Source: Candidatus Poribacteria bacterium
Lineage (GTDB): Bacteria > Poribacteria > WGA-4E > WGA-3G
Length of the DNA: 64,000 nt
Direction of reading: 5' to 3'
Assembly: GCA_965219695.1 (NCBI GenBank)
Contig: CBDCOJ010000016.1
Span: 32,360 to 96,359 of the forward strand
Made by a program: the position numbers and the translations under genes. How positions within the stretch are numbered: position 1 is the stretch's first letter; each line of letters begins with the position of its first letter. Positions 1-8,353 of this stretch are shown here, piece after piece. The notes beneath the pieces were generated by a model that did not search any database, was not told where the DNA came from, and saw nothing but the letters and a program-made list of their open reading frames with translations.

Positions 1-1464
1 AAGGAGTGCCTCTGAAAGGATTTTTGTAGCCTCAGCCTTGACTTGTGCTGCTTCCAGTTCCGCTTTTGCCGTTTCAACGATAGTATACACTTCCGCGTCA
101 GCGGTCTTTTCTTTAGCAATTCTTTCTTCGTCCGCTTCTTGTTCGGCACGAATCAGTTCTATTTTGCTTTCCCGTTCCGCTTTTTCAATTGCTTCAGCTG
201 TTTCAACGGCAGCTTCAGCACGCGCTTTCTCGGCTGATACTTCTAAGAATTCAATAAGGGCAGCCTCGCGTTCTTTTTCTTTTATAGAAACCAAAATAGT
301 GTTTGCTGCCTCAGCTTCTTTTTCTGCACGTTCTTTGTCTAACAAAATAATTTTACGTTCAATGTCAGTCTCTTTGACGGTTGCCTCTTGATCAATCTTT
401 GCTTTTTCAATAGTAAGGCTTCGTTGAATTTCAGCTTCTTCAACTGTTTGCTGTTGTTGCACGCGGGCAATTTCGATAGCCTGTTTTTGTGCGATTTCGC
501 TTTCTTCAACCATCTTTTCCTGTTCAATCCGTTCCATCTCAATTTTTTGAGTCTGGACAATTTCAGCGGATTTCACAGCCTGTTCCTGTTTAATGCGTGC
601 TTCCTCAACCGCTTGCAGCTGTTCAAACTTATGTGCCTCAACAGCGCGTTCTTGTTCAGCCTTGTTCGTAGCAATTTCCTTCCGCTGCTCTTCTTGTGCA
701 AATTCAAGGCGCTGTTCAACCTCTAAAGCTTTAGTTTCTGTCTCCTCTTCCTTTTGCTTAATCTCAAGCTCTGCAAGGAGCCGATCTTCTTCACGTCTGA
801 CCTTATTCTCATGCTCAATCTTGGCGGTTTCAGTCTGCTTTTCTTCCACTTCCTTCTTGATCGTCATAATGGCAACGACATCAAATCGGTTGTTTTCATC
901 AAGCGATTCAAGTGGGGTTTGGTCAAGGTTCGTTACTGCGACGGTTTCAAGCTTAAAACCGTTCTGTTCCAAATCCTCAAGGCATGCTTCCTGAACTTGG
1001 TCGGAAAATTCTTGGCGTTTTTCGTGAAGTTCCTGCAAATCCATAGTCGCAGCAACACTCCTTAGCACACCAACGAGTTTACCTTCCAGCAACGAATTCA
1101 CCGCCTGGGGTGTTAAGGTTTTATCACCAAGACTTGCCACAGCTTTAAGCACATCTGCTTCATTCGGTTCAATTTTTACATAGAACTCCGCCTGTATGTC
1201 AACACGCAAGCTGTCCTTAGTAATCAGTGCTGCTTGTCCCTCACGTTCAACAGGGAGTTGCAACGTATTTAAAGAAATGATCTGCGTCACATTCGTGATT
1301 GGATTAACGAGTGTTCCGCCAAATACAACCCGTTTTTTGCTTCCCCCTGAGATTACTAACGCTGCATCAGCAGGGGCTTTTTTGTAGAAGGATTTGTATA
1401 TTAGTACAAAAATAACAAACAACGCAATCAGACCGCCCACAATAAGAATAAACAAATCTGGCAT
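1..1464 (-). CDS. Flotillin / SPFH (band-7) family protein; 3' end runs off the window
   Basis: Absent from the ORF track because no stop lies inside the window. Manual minus-strand translation starts at ATG 1464-1462, preceded by aaggaga 6 nt upstream. It reads MPDLFILIVGGLIALFVIFVLIYKSFYKKAPADAALVISGG...LQLPVER...DSLRVDIQAEFYVKI. That is a TM segment plus SPFH domain, then a long E/A/K/Q-rich coiled coil that stays open to position 1. The + strand ORFs 38-1065 are antisense shadows. Confidence 0.85.
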   Translation of the reverse strand, partial: MPDLFILIVGGLIALFVIFVLIYKSFYKKAPADAALVISGGSKKRVVFGGTLVNPITNVTQIISLNTLQLPVEREGQAALITKDSLRVDIQAEFYVKIEPNEADVLKAVASLGDKTLTPQAVNSLLEGKLVGVLRSVAATMDLQELHEKRQEFSDQVQEACLEDLEQNGFKLETVAVTNLDQTPLESLDENNRFDVVAIMTIKKEVEEKQTETAKIEHENKVRREEDRLLAELEIKQKEEETETKALEVEQRLEFAQEEQRKEIATNKAEQERAVEAHKFEQLQAVEEARIKQEQAVKSAEIVQTQKIEMERIEQEKMVEESEIAQKQAIEIARVQQQQTVEEAEIQRSLTIEKAKIDQEATVKETDIERKIILLDKERAEKEAEAANTILVSIKEKEREAALIEFLEVSAEKARAEAAVETAEAIEKAERESKIELIRAEQEADEERIAKEKTADAEVYTIVETAKAELEAAQVKAEATKILSEALL

Positions 1465-1511
1465 TTCATATCTCCTTGACTGATAGAATCAGGTTAATAA
1501 AGGAATCGGCA

Positions 1512-2297
1512 TTAGTGCAATTCCGCTTCTATAGGTTTTACATCAAATATTCGTTTCTCAGGATCATAATTGATTAAAATTACAATATCGCCTTTTACTG
1601 GATTGGGTTCATCTGGTTTGATGCGACATTTCACTGTTAACGTATTACCATCTGGAGCTTGTACCCGTGCAGTGCCGAAAGTCGGTGTGATTTGACCGCT
1701 AATAACCCTGCCTTGTAAACCGAGTAGGTGAAGGTCTTTTGTCGGAGGATCACTTTCAGGAAAAATCTTTGAGAGTGTAAGTGAAAGATAGCGAGTGCCT
1801 AAAACACTACATACCAGGGCAATTGCACAGGAAATCCAAACGAAACTTTGTATTTTTTCTACATCCAGGATTTCATTAACGATTAAACCGGTGAAACCCC
1901 ACGTTGTAAAGAGCGTCATCACCACAATCATAAAGGGGACTCTTCCTACGTTCAGGAAACCCAAAACGTCAACAAAAATATTGCCGCCTACACCGGAATC
2001 CGTAGCTATAGCAGTATCGCCATCCACGTCTGCGTCAACGTCCATGTCTACATCGGCATCAACGTCCATGTCTACATCAGCATCAACGTCGAAGTCAACG
2101 TCAGCGTCCACATCAAAGTCTACATCGGCGTCAACGTCGAAGTCAACGTCAGCATCAACGTCTGCGTCTACATCGGCATCCCCACCAAAGTCCAGACCGC
2201 CGAGGATAAGCCGAAAAATTGCAAACAAAAACACGACAGCAAGCGGTGCAGTAAACCATACATTATATGTTACAGTTAGGTAAGTCCAAAAACCCAT
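1512..2297 (-). CDS. NfeD-like membrane protein (YqiJ-type) with a long alternating Asp-X tract
   Basis: 261-aa ORF with an N-terminal TM helix, a 55-residue DADVDADVDFDV... tract and further TM helices. The C-terminal beta-rich domain (GRVISGQITPTFGTARVQAPDGNTLTVKCRI...GDIVILINYD) resembles the NfeD OB-fold. It lies 47 nt upstream of the flotillin gene on the same strand, the classical NfeD-flotillin pairing. Confidence 0.75.
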   Translation of the reverse strand: MGFWTYLTVTYNVWFTAPLAVVFLFAIFRLILGGLDFGGDADVDADVDADVDFDVDADVDFDVDADVDFDVDADVDMDVDADVDMDVDADVDGDTAIATDSGVGGNIFVDVLGFLNVGRVPFMIVVMTLFTTWGFTGLIVNEILDVEKIQSFVWISCAIALVCSVLGTRYLSLTLSKIFPESDPPTKDLHLLGLQGRVISGQITPTFGTARVQAPDGNTLTVKCRIKPDEPNPVKGDIVILINYDPEKRIFDVKPIEAELH

Positions 2298-2299
2298 AA

Positions 2300-2680
2300 T
2301 TACCTCTGTATCTGTTCAGCGATAAGTTGATGAGCGCGACGCGCTTCACGCAAACTCATGTTATCAATCCAAAAACTATTACGTTTGACATTAATCTCAA
2401 GTCGTGCTTGTCCAAAAAACCGATGCTTCAAAAGTCGGGCAAGTTTCACAGTGTTAATTTCGCTAAAAAATAGATTACATCGGATATTAGCGTAAGAGAT
2501 AGCCAAACTTCCCATAAATTTTTCGTCTAAGATTAACACCCGTGACGTCGTAATCAAAACAAAATCAGGGTGCAGCAGTGAAGAACGCCCCAGAACGCAT
2601 AAGCATATCTGTTCATCCGGCTGAAGTTCTGCCTTGGCAATCTGTTGAATGCGGTTTGGTAGATTCTCAAAATCAGCCAT
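2300..2680 (-). CDS. Small hypothetical protein, bacterial PH-domain-like
   Basis: 126-aa ORF ending 2 nt before the NfeD start, so probably first gene of the operon. The strand-rich pattern (DFVLITTSRVLILDEKF, ARLEINVKRNSFWIDNM) plus a C-terminal helix resembles bPH/YokE-like domains. The function call is weak. Confidence 0.5.
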   Translation of the reverse strand: MADFENLPNRIQQIAKAELQPDEQICLCVLGRSSLLHPDFVLITTSRVLILDEKFMGSLAISYANIRCNLFFSEINTVKLARLLKHRFFGQARLEINVKRNSFWIDNMSLREARRAHQLIAEQIQR

Positions 2681-2808
2681 CGTGCATCGTCCTTTTATAT
2701 AAGAGACATCTATCAGCGGAAAGATAGTAAAAAATTTACTTTAGGTCACTGGCAAATATTCTGTATATGCTTTATAGTGGATTTTACAATTAACTTTACA
2801 TCTGAAAT

Positions 2809-2871
2809 GTAGGAGCGATCTCCGAATCGCGACGAAACCACTAATAGTCGGGAATCGGAGTTCCCTCCTAC
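2809..2871. repeat. REP-A / REP-B inverted pair (long imperfect hairpin)
   Basis: gtaggagcgatctccgaatcgcgac, then 13 nt, then gtcgggaatcggagttccctcctac. The arms pair at 21 of 25 positions. The element lies just 3' of ssrA. Confidence 0.9.
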
Positions 2872-2899
2872 AGAAGATGCATTTATGCCAAGTGGATGA

Positions 2900-3252
2900 T
2901 GGAGGTGGCGGGAATTGAACCCGCGTCCGAAAGCATATTGATAAAGGCTACTACATGCTTATCACAGGTTTTAAGTTTCGCTGTTCAGGCTCCCCTGTGC
3001 GGGATTCATGAAGGCTATCTCAAGTTTAGTTTCACGGAATGCCCCTTGAGAACAATCAAACCGCTATCCCGTATTACGGCGCTTTAGCTTCCCTGACGGG
3101 AAACAGGTTGGCCAAGCGTAGCTGCGTATTAAGCAGCTAGTGCTAATTCTTGATCAGCAATTATAATTGTTCCGCCTATTTAACGAGGCCTGCGGAGACC
3201 TCGACATGCAACCTGTATCGCAATTACCTCCGTCGAAACCAAGGTCACCCCC
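2900..3252 (-). ncRNA. ssrA: tmRNA (transfer-messenger RNA)
   Basis: The minus strand starts GGGGGTGACCTTGGTTTCGACGGAGG at 3252 and ends GGACGCGGGTTCAATTCCCGCCACCTCCA at 2900. This gives a tRNA-Ala-like acceptor stem with a G3:U pair and a T-arm GGTTCAATTCC. The internal tag frame ends ...ADQELALAA-TAA (plus-strand 3129-3158). CCA is not encoded. The gene is immediately downstream of smpB. Confidence 0.9.
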
Positions 3253-3270
3253 AAAATATATTTTGTGAGT

Positions 3271-3732
3271 TTATGAATATGCCCGTATTTCTCGGTTAGC
3301 GTGTTCACGTTCAATTTTATCACGTTTATCGTAGACTCGCTTCCCTTGGGCAACTGCTAATTCTAACTTTACCTTACCACCGCTGAAGTAAGCACGTGTT
3401 GGAACTAAGGTCATTCCCTTTGATTGAACTGCTCGTGTTAATTTTCTTATTTCGTTCCGATGCAGTAAAAGTTTCCGGGGACGTTTCGGTTCATGATTCA
3501 TCCGATTTCCTTGATCATACAAACCGATAAACGCATCAATGAGAAATACCTCTCCGTCTGTTATTTGCGCGTAACTGTCGGTTAGGTTAAGTTGTCCGTT
3601 TCTAATCGCTTTTACTTCAGTTCCCCGCAAAACGATGCCTGCCTCATACCGATCATGTAGATGATAGTCATACCGTGCTTTCCGGTTGACAGTAATCGTT
3701 GGGTTCTGTGGGGATTTCTTTTTATCTTTCAC
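3271..3732 (-). CDS. smpB: SsrA-binding protein SmpB
   Basis: 153-aa ORF with NRKARYDYHL..EAGIVLRGTEVKAIR..., then LVPT..YF..GKVKLELAVAQGKR.YDKR and a basic C-terminal tail. Adjacent to ssrA. Confidence 0.95.
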   Translation of the reverse strand: MKDKKKSPQNPTITVNRKARYDYHLHDRYEAGIVLRGTEVKAIRNGQLNLTDSYAQITDGEVFLIDAFIGLYDQGNRMNHEPKRPRKLLLHRNEIRKLTRAVQSKGMTLVPTRAYFSGGKVKLELAVAQGKRVYDKRDKIEREHANREIRAYS

Positions 3733-3843
3733 AATAACCCTTATTTTATCATATATGATATAAAGTGTGCAAGGAAAATGTGGTTTAAGGTAGAACTATT
3801 CAATTTTCCAATAATTTCTAACTTCTTTCAGAGGTCTCTTTCT

Positions 3844-3904
3844 GTAGGAGCGAGCTTTGCTCACGACATCTTAGGACTGGTCGCGAGCTGGAGCTCGCTC
3901 CTAC
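3844..3904. repeat. REP variant, inverted pair
   Basis: gtaggagcgagctttgctcacgac ... gtcgcgagctggagctcgctcctac. It has the same GTAGGAG...CTCCTAC termini as REP-A/B with a different core. Confidence 0.8.
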
Positions 3905-4134
3905 AGATAGTTTATAGAAATGTGAAAAAATATTGGAGAAAAACCGAAAACTGAATAACCCTATATTCAATTTGGAATTAAGCGAATAATATGATAAATT
4001 TTGATAGATTCAAATAAAATAACACATTTTTTTCACTTTATGCAACCTGTAGACCAAAAACTGTGTCTTTAATATCATAACATACGAAATGTATCTATTT
4101 TACCGAACCAAATATCAATATAAGGAGCAAAACA

Positions 4135-4920
4135 ATGAAAAGATTTGTCCTCTTACTACTTATAATCGTAGCACCAGCACTTGCAATAAGCGAACCACCA
4201 GAAGAGATGGTGCTGATATCCGCAGGTGAGTTTACGATGGGCACAGACGATCCAAAGGCAACTGATGACCAACGACCCGCACGCAAAGTAAATGTAGAGA
4301 CTTTTTACATTGACAAACACGAAGTTACAAACGCCGAATTTCAAGCGTTTATCTTAGCAGATGGATACAATAAACAGGAATACTGGACAAAAGAAGGGTG
4401 GGATTTCATTCAGAAGGAACGATTTGTTTATAGTTATCCAGCAAAGAGAAAGTATCGGATTGACAAACCGCTTGGTTTTGAGGGCAATTCTGTATCACGA
4501 GAACCTGACCATCCTGTTATTGGGGTAAGTTGGTATGAGGCATCTGCTTATGCTGTATGGGCAGGCAAACGTCTACCGACCGAGGCAGAATGGGAGAAGG
4601 CCGCCAGAGGCACTGATGCGCGGCTCTATCCGTGGGGTAACGACTTTGATTTTGCCAAACTTAACTATTTTCCCCATCACGAAAAGTTGTCTCCTGTTGG
4701 GAGTTATCCGGATGGCGCGAGTCCTTATGGTGTGCTGGATATGGCGGGGAATGTTGCTGAATGGTGCGCGGATAATACACATGATAAGGATAAAAAAGTG
4801 GTTCGAGGCGGCGGATGGAATTCTATACGATTGCATCTGCGTTCAACCCATCGCGTCGCACACCCACCTTCATATAGATATTACAACATCGGTTTCAGAT
4901 GTGCAAAGGATATTGAGTAG
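4135..4920 (+). CDS. Formylglycine-generating-enzyme (FGE/SUMF1) family protein, secreted
   Basis: Signal peptide followed by FGE-sulfatase domain motifs: MVLISAGEFTMGTDD, RPARKVNVETFYIDKHEVTNAEF, PVIGVSWYEASAYAVWAGKRLPTEAEWEKAARG, LYPWGN, LDMAGNVAEWCAD, VVRGGGW, IGFRCAKD. Confidence 0.9.
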   Translation: MKRFVLLLLIIVAPALAISEPPEEMVLISAGEFTMGTDDPKATDDQRPARKVNVETFYIDKHEVTNAEFQAFILADGYNKQEYWTKEGWDFIQKERFVYSYPAKRKYRIDKPLGFEGNSVSREPDHPVIGVSWYEASAYAVWAGKRLPTEAEWEKAARGTDARLYPWGNDFDFAKLNYFPHHEKLSPVGSYPDGASPYGVLDMAGNVAEWCADNTHDKDKKVVRGGGWNSIRLHLRSTHRVAHPPSYRYYNIGFRCAKDIE

Positions 4921-5026
4921 GAGCGATCTCCGAATCGCGATGGTAGGAGCGATCTCCGAATCGCGATGGTAGGAGCGATTTCCGAATCGCGATGGTAGGT
5001 AATCGGGAATCGGAGTTCCCTCCTAC
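4917..5026. repeat. Tandem REP-A x3 (26-bp unit) capped by an inverted REP-B
   Basis: gtaggagcgatctccgaatcgcgatg occurs at 4917-4942, 4943-4968 and 4969-4994 (one substitution in the third copy). It is followed by gtaggtaatcgggaatcggagttccctcctac. The first unit contains the TAG stop of the FGE gene. Confidence 0.95.
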
Positions 5027-5106
5027 AAAGAGCAACATTACGTGGGAGATCTCCGCATCAAGAACTACATACATAGATTACAAAATCACATATTAGGGTG
5101 ATTAAC

Positions 5107-6117
5107 ATGCATAGAAAGATTATTACGACTCTTCTGATTTTATTCTGCTGCTACAACTTTAACTATGCAGAAGACATCTCAATAGAAGAGCTCATACGCG
5201 GCATTAATAAGAATCGGATAAAGATTCTGAGCGGTGAAGTCTATTCCAAAACGACAAAATTCTATCCCGCTCGAAAAACTGAAGAGGAGATCACTGAATG
5301 GATGAAGACAGAAAAGAAAAAGAGAATAAGTGAATACACACCTCTTCCCCCTGATCTGGATGTTGATGTGAAACAGTATGAAACAGAACACCTCATACCT
5401 TATTTGAACTCCAGGGCAAATGATTATCGTGAACACACAAAGACCGAACTTACGACAACAATCTTCCGCGTATTAAATCCAGATGATGAGAAACTTCCAA
5501 AACAAGATCAATATAAGGTAACGGTGGTAAATAATCCAGGGCATCCGATAGATAGGATGTCGGAATTGTATATACCATCAGATAGTATCTATCTACTTGC
5601 CTTTGATACGCACACACAGGTGAAACAACGTATAGGTAACATTCTCTTTTCAAGCAGTTCTTTATCTGCTGTAAGTTTTTATGATTCCAATTATCACTAC
5701 GGTTATCGGCAGTTTGCTATGTTTGGCAGGTCACCTTATCTTGTGCCATCAAACGCAAAAAAAATGGGTAAAGAAAAGATAGACGGTGTGGATTGTCGTA
5801 TCATTACCTATATCTCCCCTAAAGGTCTGAAAGTTCGGATGTGGGTTGATCCTAAAAAGGATTTTGCTGTTCATCAATATGAACTTCTACATTCTACAAG
5901 AGGGTATATTAGGAATGTTTATAAAGCGTTCAAGAAATATGGAAATTTATGGTTTCCCGAAATCTATATAGGGACTACCTATTCTCAAGATGGATCGTTG
6001 CGGAATCAATATAAAGTTGAAGTGATTGATGCGGAATTCAATGTTAGTTTTCCCGAAGACTTTTTTGAAATAGATAAGGATTTCTATAAATCTCCACATT
6101 CTATGTTCAATCAATAA
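5107..6117 (+). CDS. Secreted LolA/RseB-like (lipoprotein-sorting fold) protein, paralog 1
   Basis: ATG 5107 was chosen by analogy with paralog 2 (MHRK/MHRN). It has a signal peptide and shares motifs with 6215 and 8354: ELI.GIN..R..I.SGEVYSKT, ARKTEEEI, QYKVT..SPGHP, LLAYD..TQV..IGN, FGRS.Y.VP, GKEKIDGV.C, R.WVDP.KDFAVH, LWFP, VIDAEFNV.FP.DFFE. The fold assignment is from memory of LolA-like/DUF4367-type proteins. Confidence 0.6.
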   Translation: MHRKIITTLLILFCCYNFNYAEDISIEELIRGINKNRIKILSGEVYSKTTKFYPARKTEEEITEWMKTEKKKRISEYTPLPPDLDVDVKQYETEHLIPYLNSRANDYREHTKTELTTTIFRVLNPDDEKLPKQDQYKVTVVNNPGHPIDRMSELYIPSDSIYLLAFDTHTQVKQRIGNILFSSSSLSAVSFYDSNYHYGYRQFAMFGRSPYLVPSNAKKMGKEKIDGVDCRIITYISPKGLKVRMWVDPKKDFAVHQYELLHSTRGYIRNVYKAFKKYGNLWFPEIYIGTTYSQDGSLRNQYKVEVIDAEFNVSFPEDFFEIDKDFYKSPHSMFNQ

Positions 6118-6149
6118 ACCCGTATGTGTGCTTTCGAATCGATCAGATA

Positions 6150-6174
6150 GTCGGGAATCGAAGTTCCCTCCTAC
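6150..6174. repeat. Solo REP-B copy
   Basis: gtcgggaatcgaagttccctcctac, between paralogs 1 and 2. Confidence 0.85.
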
Positions 6175-6214
6175 AGAACGTACACAACAAAATCAATACT
6201 AAGGAGAATTCAAA

Positions 6215-8251
6215 ATGCATAGAAATGTTTTTGCAAGTGTCATCATTATTATACTCTTATCTATTAACATATTGTGCTACGCAGTAGACATGCCCACACA
6301 CGAACTCATCCAGTATGTAAATTTGGCACGCTGGGACATTAGAAGTGGCGAAGTACAAGCAGAAATATCGACTGAAAACGCTGCTCGGAAAACGGAAGAA
6401 GAAATTGCCGCGTCTGTTAAAAAAAGTATAGAAGATGAACTAAAAAGCTATATACCTCATGAAGGCGTTGACAAGGAGACGTTTGAGAAAGAGTATCTCA
6501 TACCGAATCTAAATTACAATGCAAATCGGGATCGTAAGCATACAGAAGTTGAACACAATACAACAGCATTTCAGATTATTGAACCAGATACCGCTGGCTT
6601 CCCAAAACTTTTTCAATATAAACTAACATTTGAGAAGTCACCAGGACATTCTCTAGATAGTGAAGTCGCACAGAATCACCATGCAAGTGATACGTTCCTC
6701 CTTGCTTATGACCGTCAAACTCAAGTAAGACAAGTTATTGGCAACCTGATATCTACAGCCGGGGAAGTTGACATAGAAGATTCTACTGTATGGTATGGAT
6801 ATATGCAATATTCAGTATTTGGAAGATCGTTTTACAAAGTGCCAAGAGATGCACAACTCGTTGGGAAAGAAAACATTGATGGCGCGGAATGTTATGTCTT
6901 GGAATTTACGAACGTTTACGAGCAGAAAATCAGAATTTGGGTGGATGAATCCCTGCGCTATTGTATACGCAAGTTTGAATCTTTAAGTGCCACTGAAACA
7001 GACTCTATATCTTATCGTGTAGAAAATAAAGATTTTCAGAAATTCGATCAGATGTGGTTTCCTATGCGCATAGAAGAAACTTATTATGAAAAAGACGGAT
7101 CAGTCCGTGAACGTGTTACCAACAAGATCACTTCTGCAGAATTTAATGTCGATTTTCCAAAGGATTTCTTTAAGATAGATAGAAATCAATATAGACCCCG
7201 AAGAACCGGACAGCCATCACCCTACTCTGAAAGACTTCTGCTAAGCGGGTTAAATAGTCTGTCGCACTATTGTAAATTGCTAAAGGTTGAAACGGATATT
7301 CAAGAACTTATGCGGCTGTCAGATTTCGATCCGGCACAAGGCACTACGATGAAAGGATTGAGAAAGGCTGCAACTGCCAAAGGTATACCGCTAACAAGTG
7401 TAGAGACATCACTGGATTCGCTGGAATGGAATTTGGTGTCGTTGCCCGCTATCACTTATGTGGATACTAACCATTTTCTTATCTTTGAATCTGCGGATAG
7501 GGACGGTGTGAAAGTCGTTGATCCTTTTTACAAATATCATCCGTATCTTACTTGGGCGGAAGTCTCAAAGATATGGGGCGGTGAACAACTGCTCGTGTTT
7601 GATAAAATGGGCGGTCAGCAAGCGATACCGATGCAGGTGCCGCTCATCTACGCTGACGAACCAGTTTTCAACTTCGGAAGAGCGTTCGGGGGCAGTGAAG
7701 TTCAACACACTTTTGCTGTCAAGAACATCGGTCAAAAACCGTTGAATATTCTTGACATTACCGAAACGTGTGCATGCACCGCAACTGTCCTTTCACAACA
7801 TGAAATTCCACCCGGGGAGGTAGGTACAGTTTTAGCGACCATGAAGATTTATCCTGGAAATGGCATGATGCAAGAATACATATACATACATACTGATGAC
7901 CCCACACAGAACACATTGGCATTCACACTTACAGGACAAGCATTTACACCGCTCAAAACGTTACCCGATATGGTAGCATTCGGACAAAGAAAATTGCTTC
8001 TCAATCAACCCATTACGAAGCGGATTTCTATTCACTTACAAAAGAATACGAAACTCCTGGCAGTGAGAACCGACTCAGAACATATTAAAGCAACATTGGA
8101 AACAAAGAGTGGTATTCCCCATGCGAATCTACAATTTATGCCGACCTTTCCTATTGGGAAACTTAGTCAATATCTTATGATAGATTATGAACATAAAGGC
8201 CAGAAAGCAACCCACTTCGTCTACATTCATGGAGAGATATTAGAGAACTAA
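6215..8251 (+). CDS. Secreted LolA/RseB-like paralog 2, fused to a C39-peptidase-like domain and a DUF1573-like domain
   Basis: Residues 1-330 are paralogous to 5107 and 8354. Residues about 335-470 look like a C39 fold (GTTMKGLRKAATAKGIPL..., LPAITYVDTNHFLIFES...VKVVDPF), but Ser replaces the catalytic Cys (LLLSGLNSL). Residues about 480-560 match the DUF1573 pattern (PVFNFGRAFGGSEVQHTFAVKNIGQKPLNILDITETCACT...IPPGEVG). Confidence 0.6.
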   Translation: MHRNVFASVIIIILLSINILCYAVDMPTHELIQYVNLARWDIRSGEVQAEISTENAARKTEEEIAASVKKSIEDELKSYIPHEGVDKETFEKEYLIPNLNYNANRDRKHTEVEHNTTAFQIIEPDTAGFPKLFQYKLTFEKSPGHSLDSEVAQNHHASDTFLLAYDRQTQVRQVIGNLISTAGEVDIEDSTVWYGYMQYSVFGRSFYKVPRDAQLVGKENIDGAECYVLEFTNVYEQKIRIWVDESLRYCIRKFESLSATETDSISYRVENKDFQKFDQMWFPMRIEETYYEKDGSVRERVTNKITSAEFNVDFPKDFFKIDRNQYRPRRTGQPSPYSERLLLSGLNSLSHYCKLLKVETDIQELMRLSDFDPAQGTTMKGLRKAATAKGIPLTSVETSLDSLEWNLVSLPAITYVDTNHFLIFESADRDGVKVVDPFYKYHPYLTWAEVSKIWGGEQLLVFDKMGGQQAIPMQVPLIYADEPVFNFGRAFGGSEVQHTFAVKNIGQKPLNILDITETCACTATVLSQHEIPPGEVGTVLATMKIYPGNGMMQEYIYIHTDDPTQNTLAFTLTGQAFTPLKTLPDMVAFGQRKLLLNQPITKRISIHLQKNTKLLAVRTDSEHIKATLETKSGIPHANLQFMPTFPIGKLSQYLMIDYEHKGQKATHFVYIHGEILEN

Positions 8252-8290
8252 TACCAAATTAAAAGGATTTATCTTGTTTTACTGGAGTCA

Positions 8291-8319
8291 GGTGCGGTTA
8301 GGAAACCGCACCTACCGAG
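8291..8319. repeat. Hairpin repeat HP-2 (gtgcggtt-aggaa-accgcac + ctaccgag)
   Basis: ggtgcggttaggaaaccgcacctaccgag. Related copies lie at 18708, 19340-19400, 47585-47635 and 54206. Confidence 0.8.
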
Positions 8320-8353
8320 ACGAATCGCGTTAATTTGGAATAGGAGATAAACC

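Noticed and set aside
38-1065. Several + strand ORFs (117, 64, 112, 133, 103 aa) with S/A/F/C/L-rich low-complexity translations
   Set aside because: They are antisense shadows of the E/A/K-rich coiled-coil part of the minus-strand flotillin gene, which is open across the whole region.
1795-2283. 162-aa + strand ORF with an STSASTSMSTS repeat
   Set aside because: It is the antisense reading of the Asp-X tract of the NfeD-like gene. It has no RBS and is fully contained in a better gene.
4917-5026. Possible CRISPR array (regular 26-bp repeats); the same question arises for 9364-9425 and 16474-16581
   Set aside because: The units abut directly with no spacers, there are only 2-3 copies, the unit is the dispersed REP-A element, and no cas genes are present.
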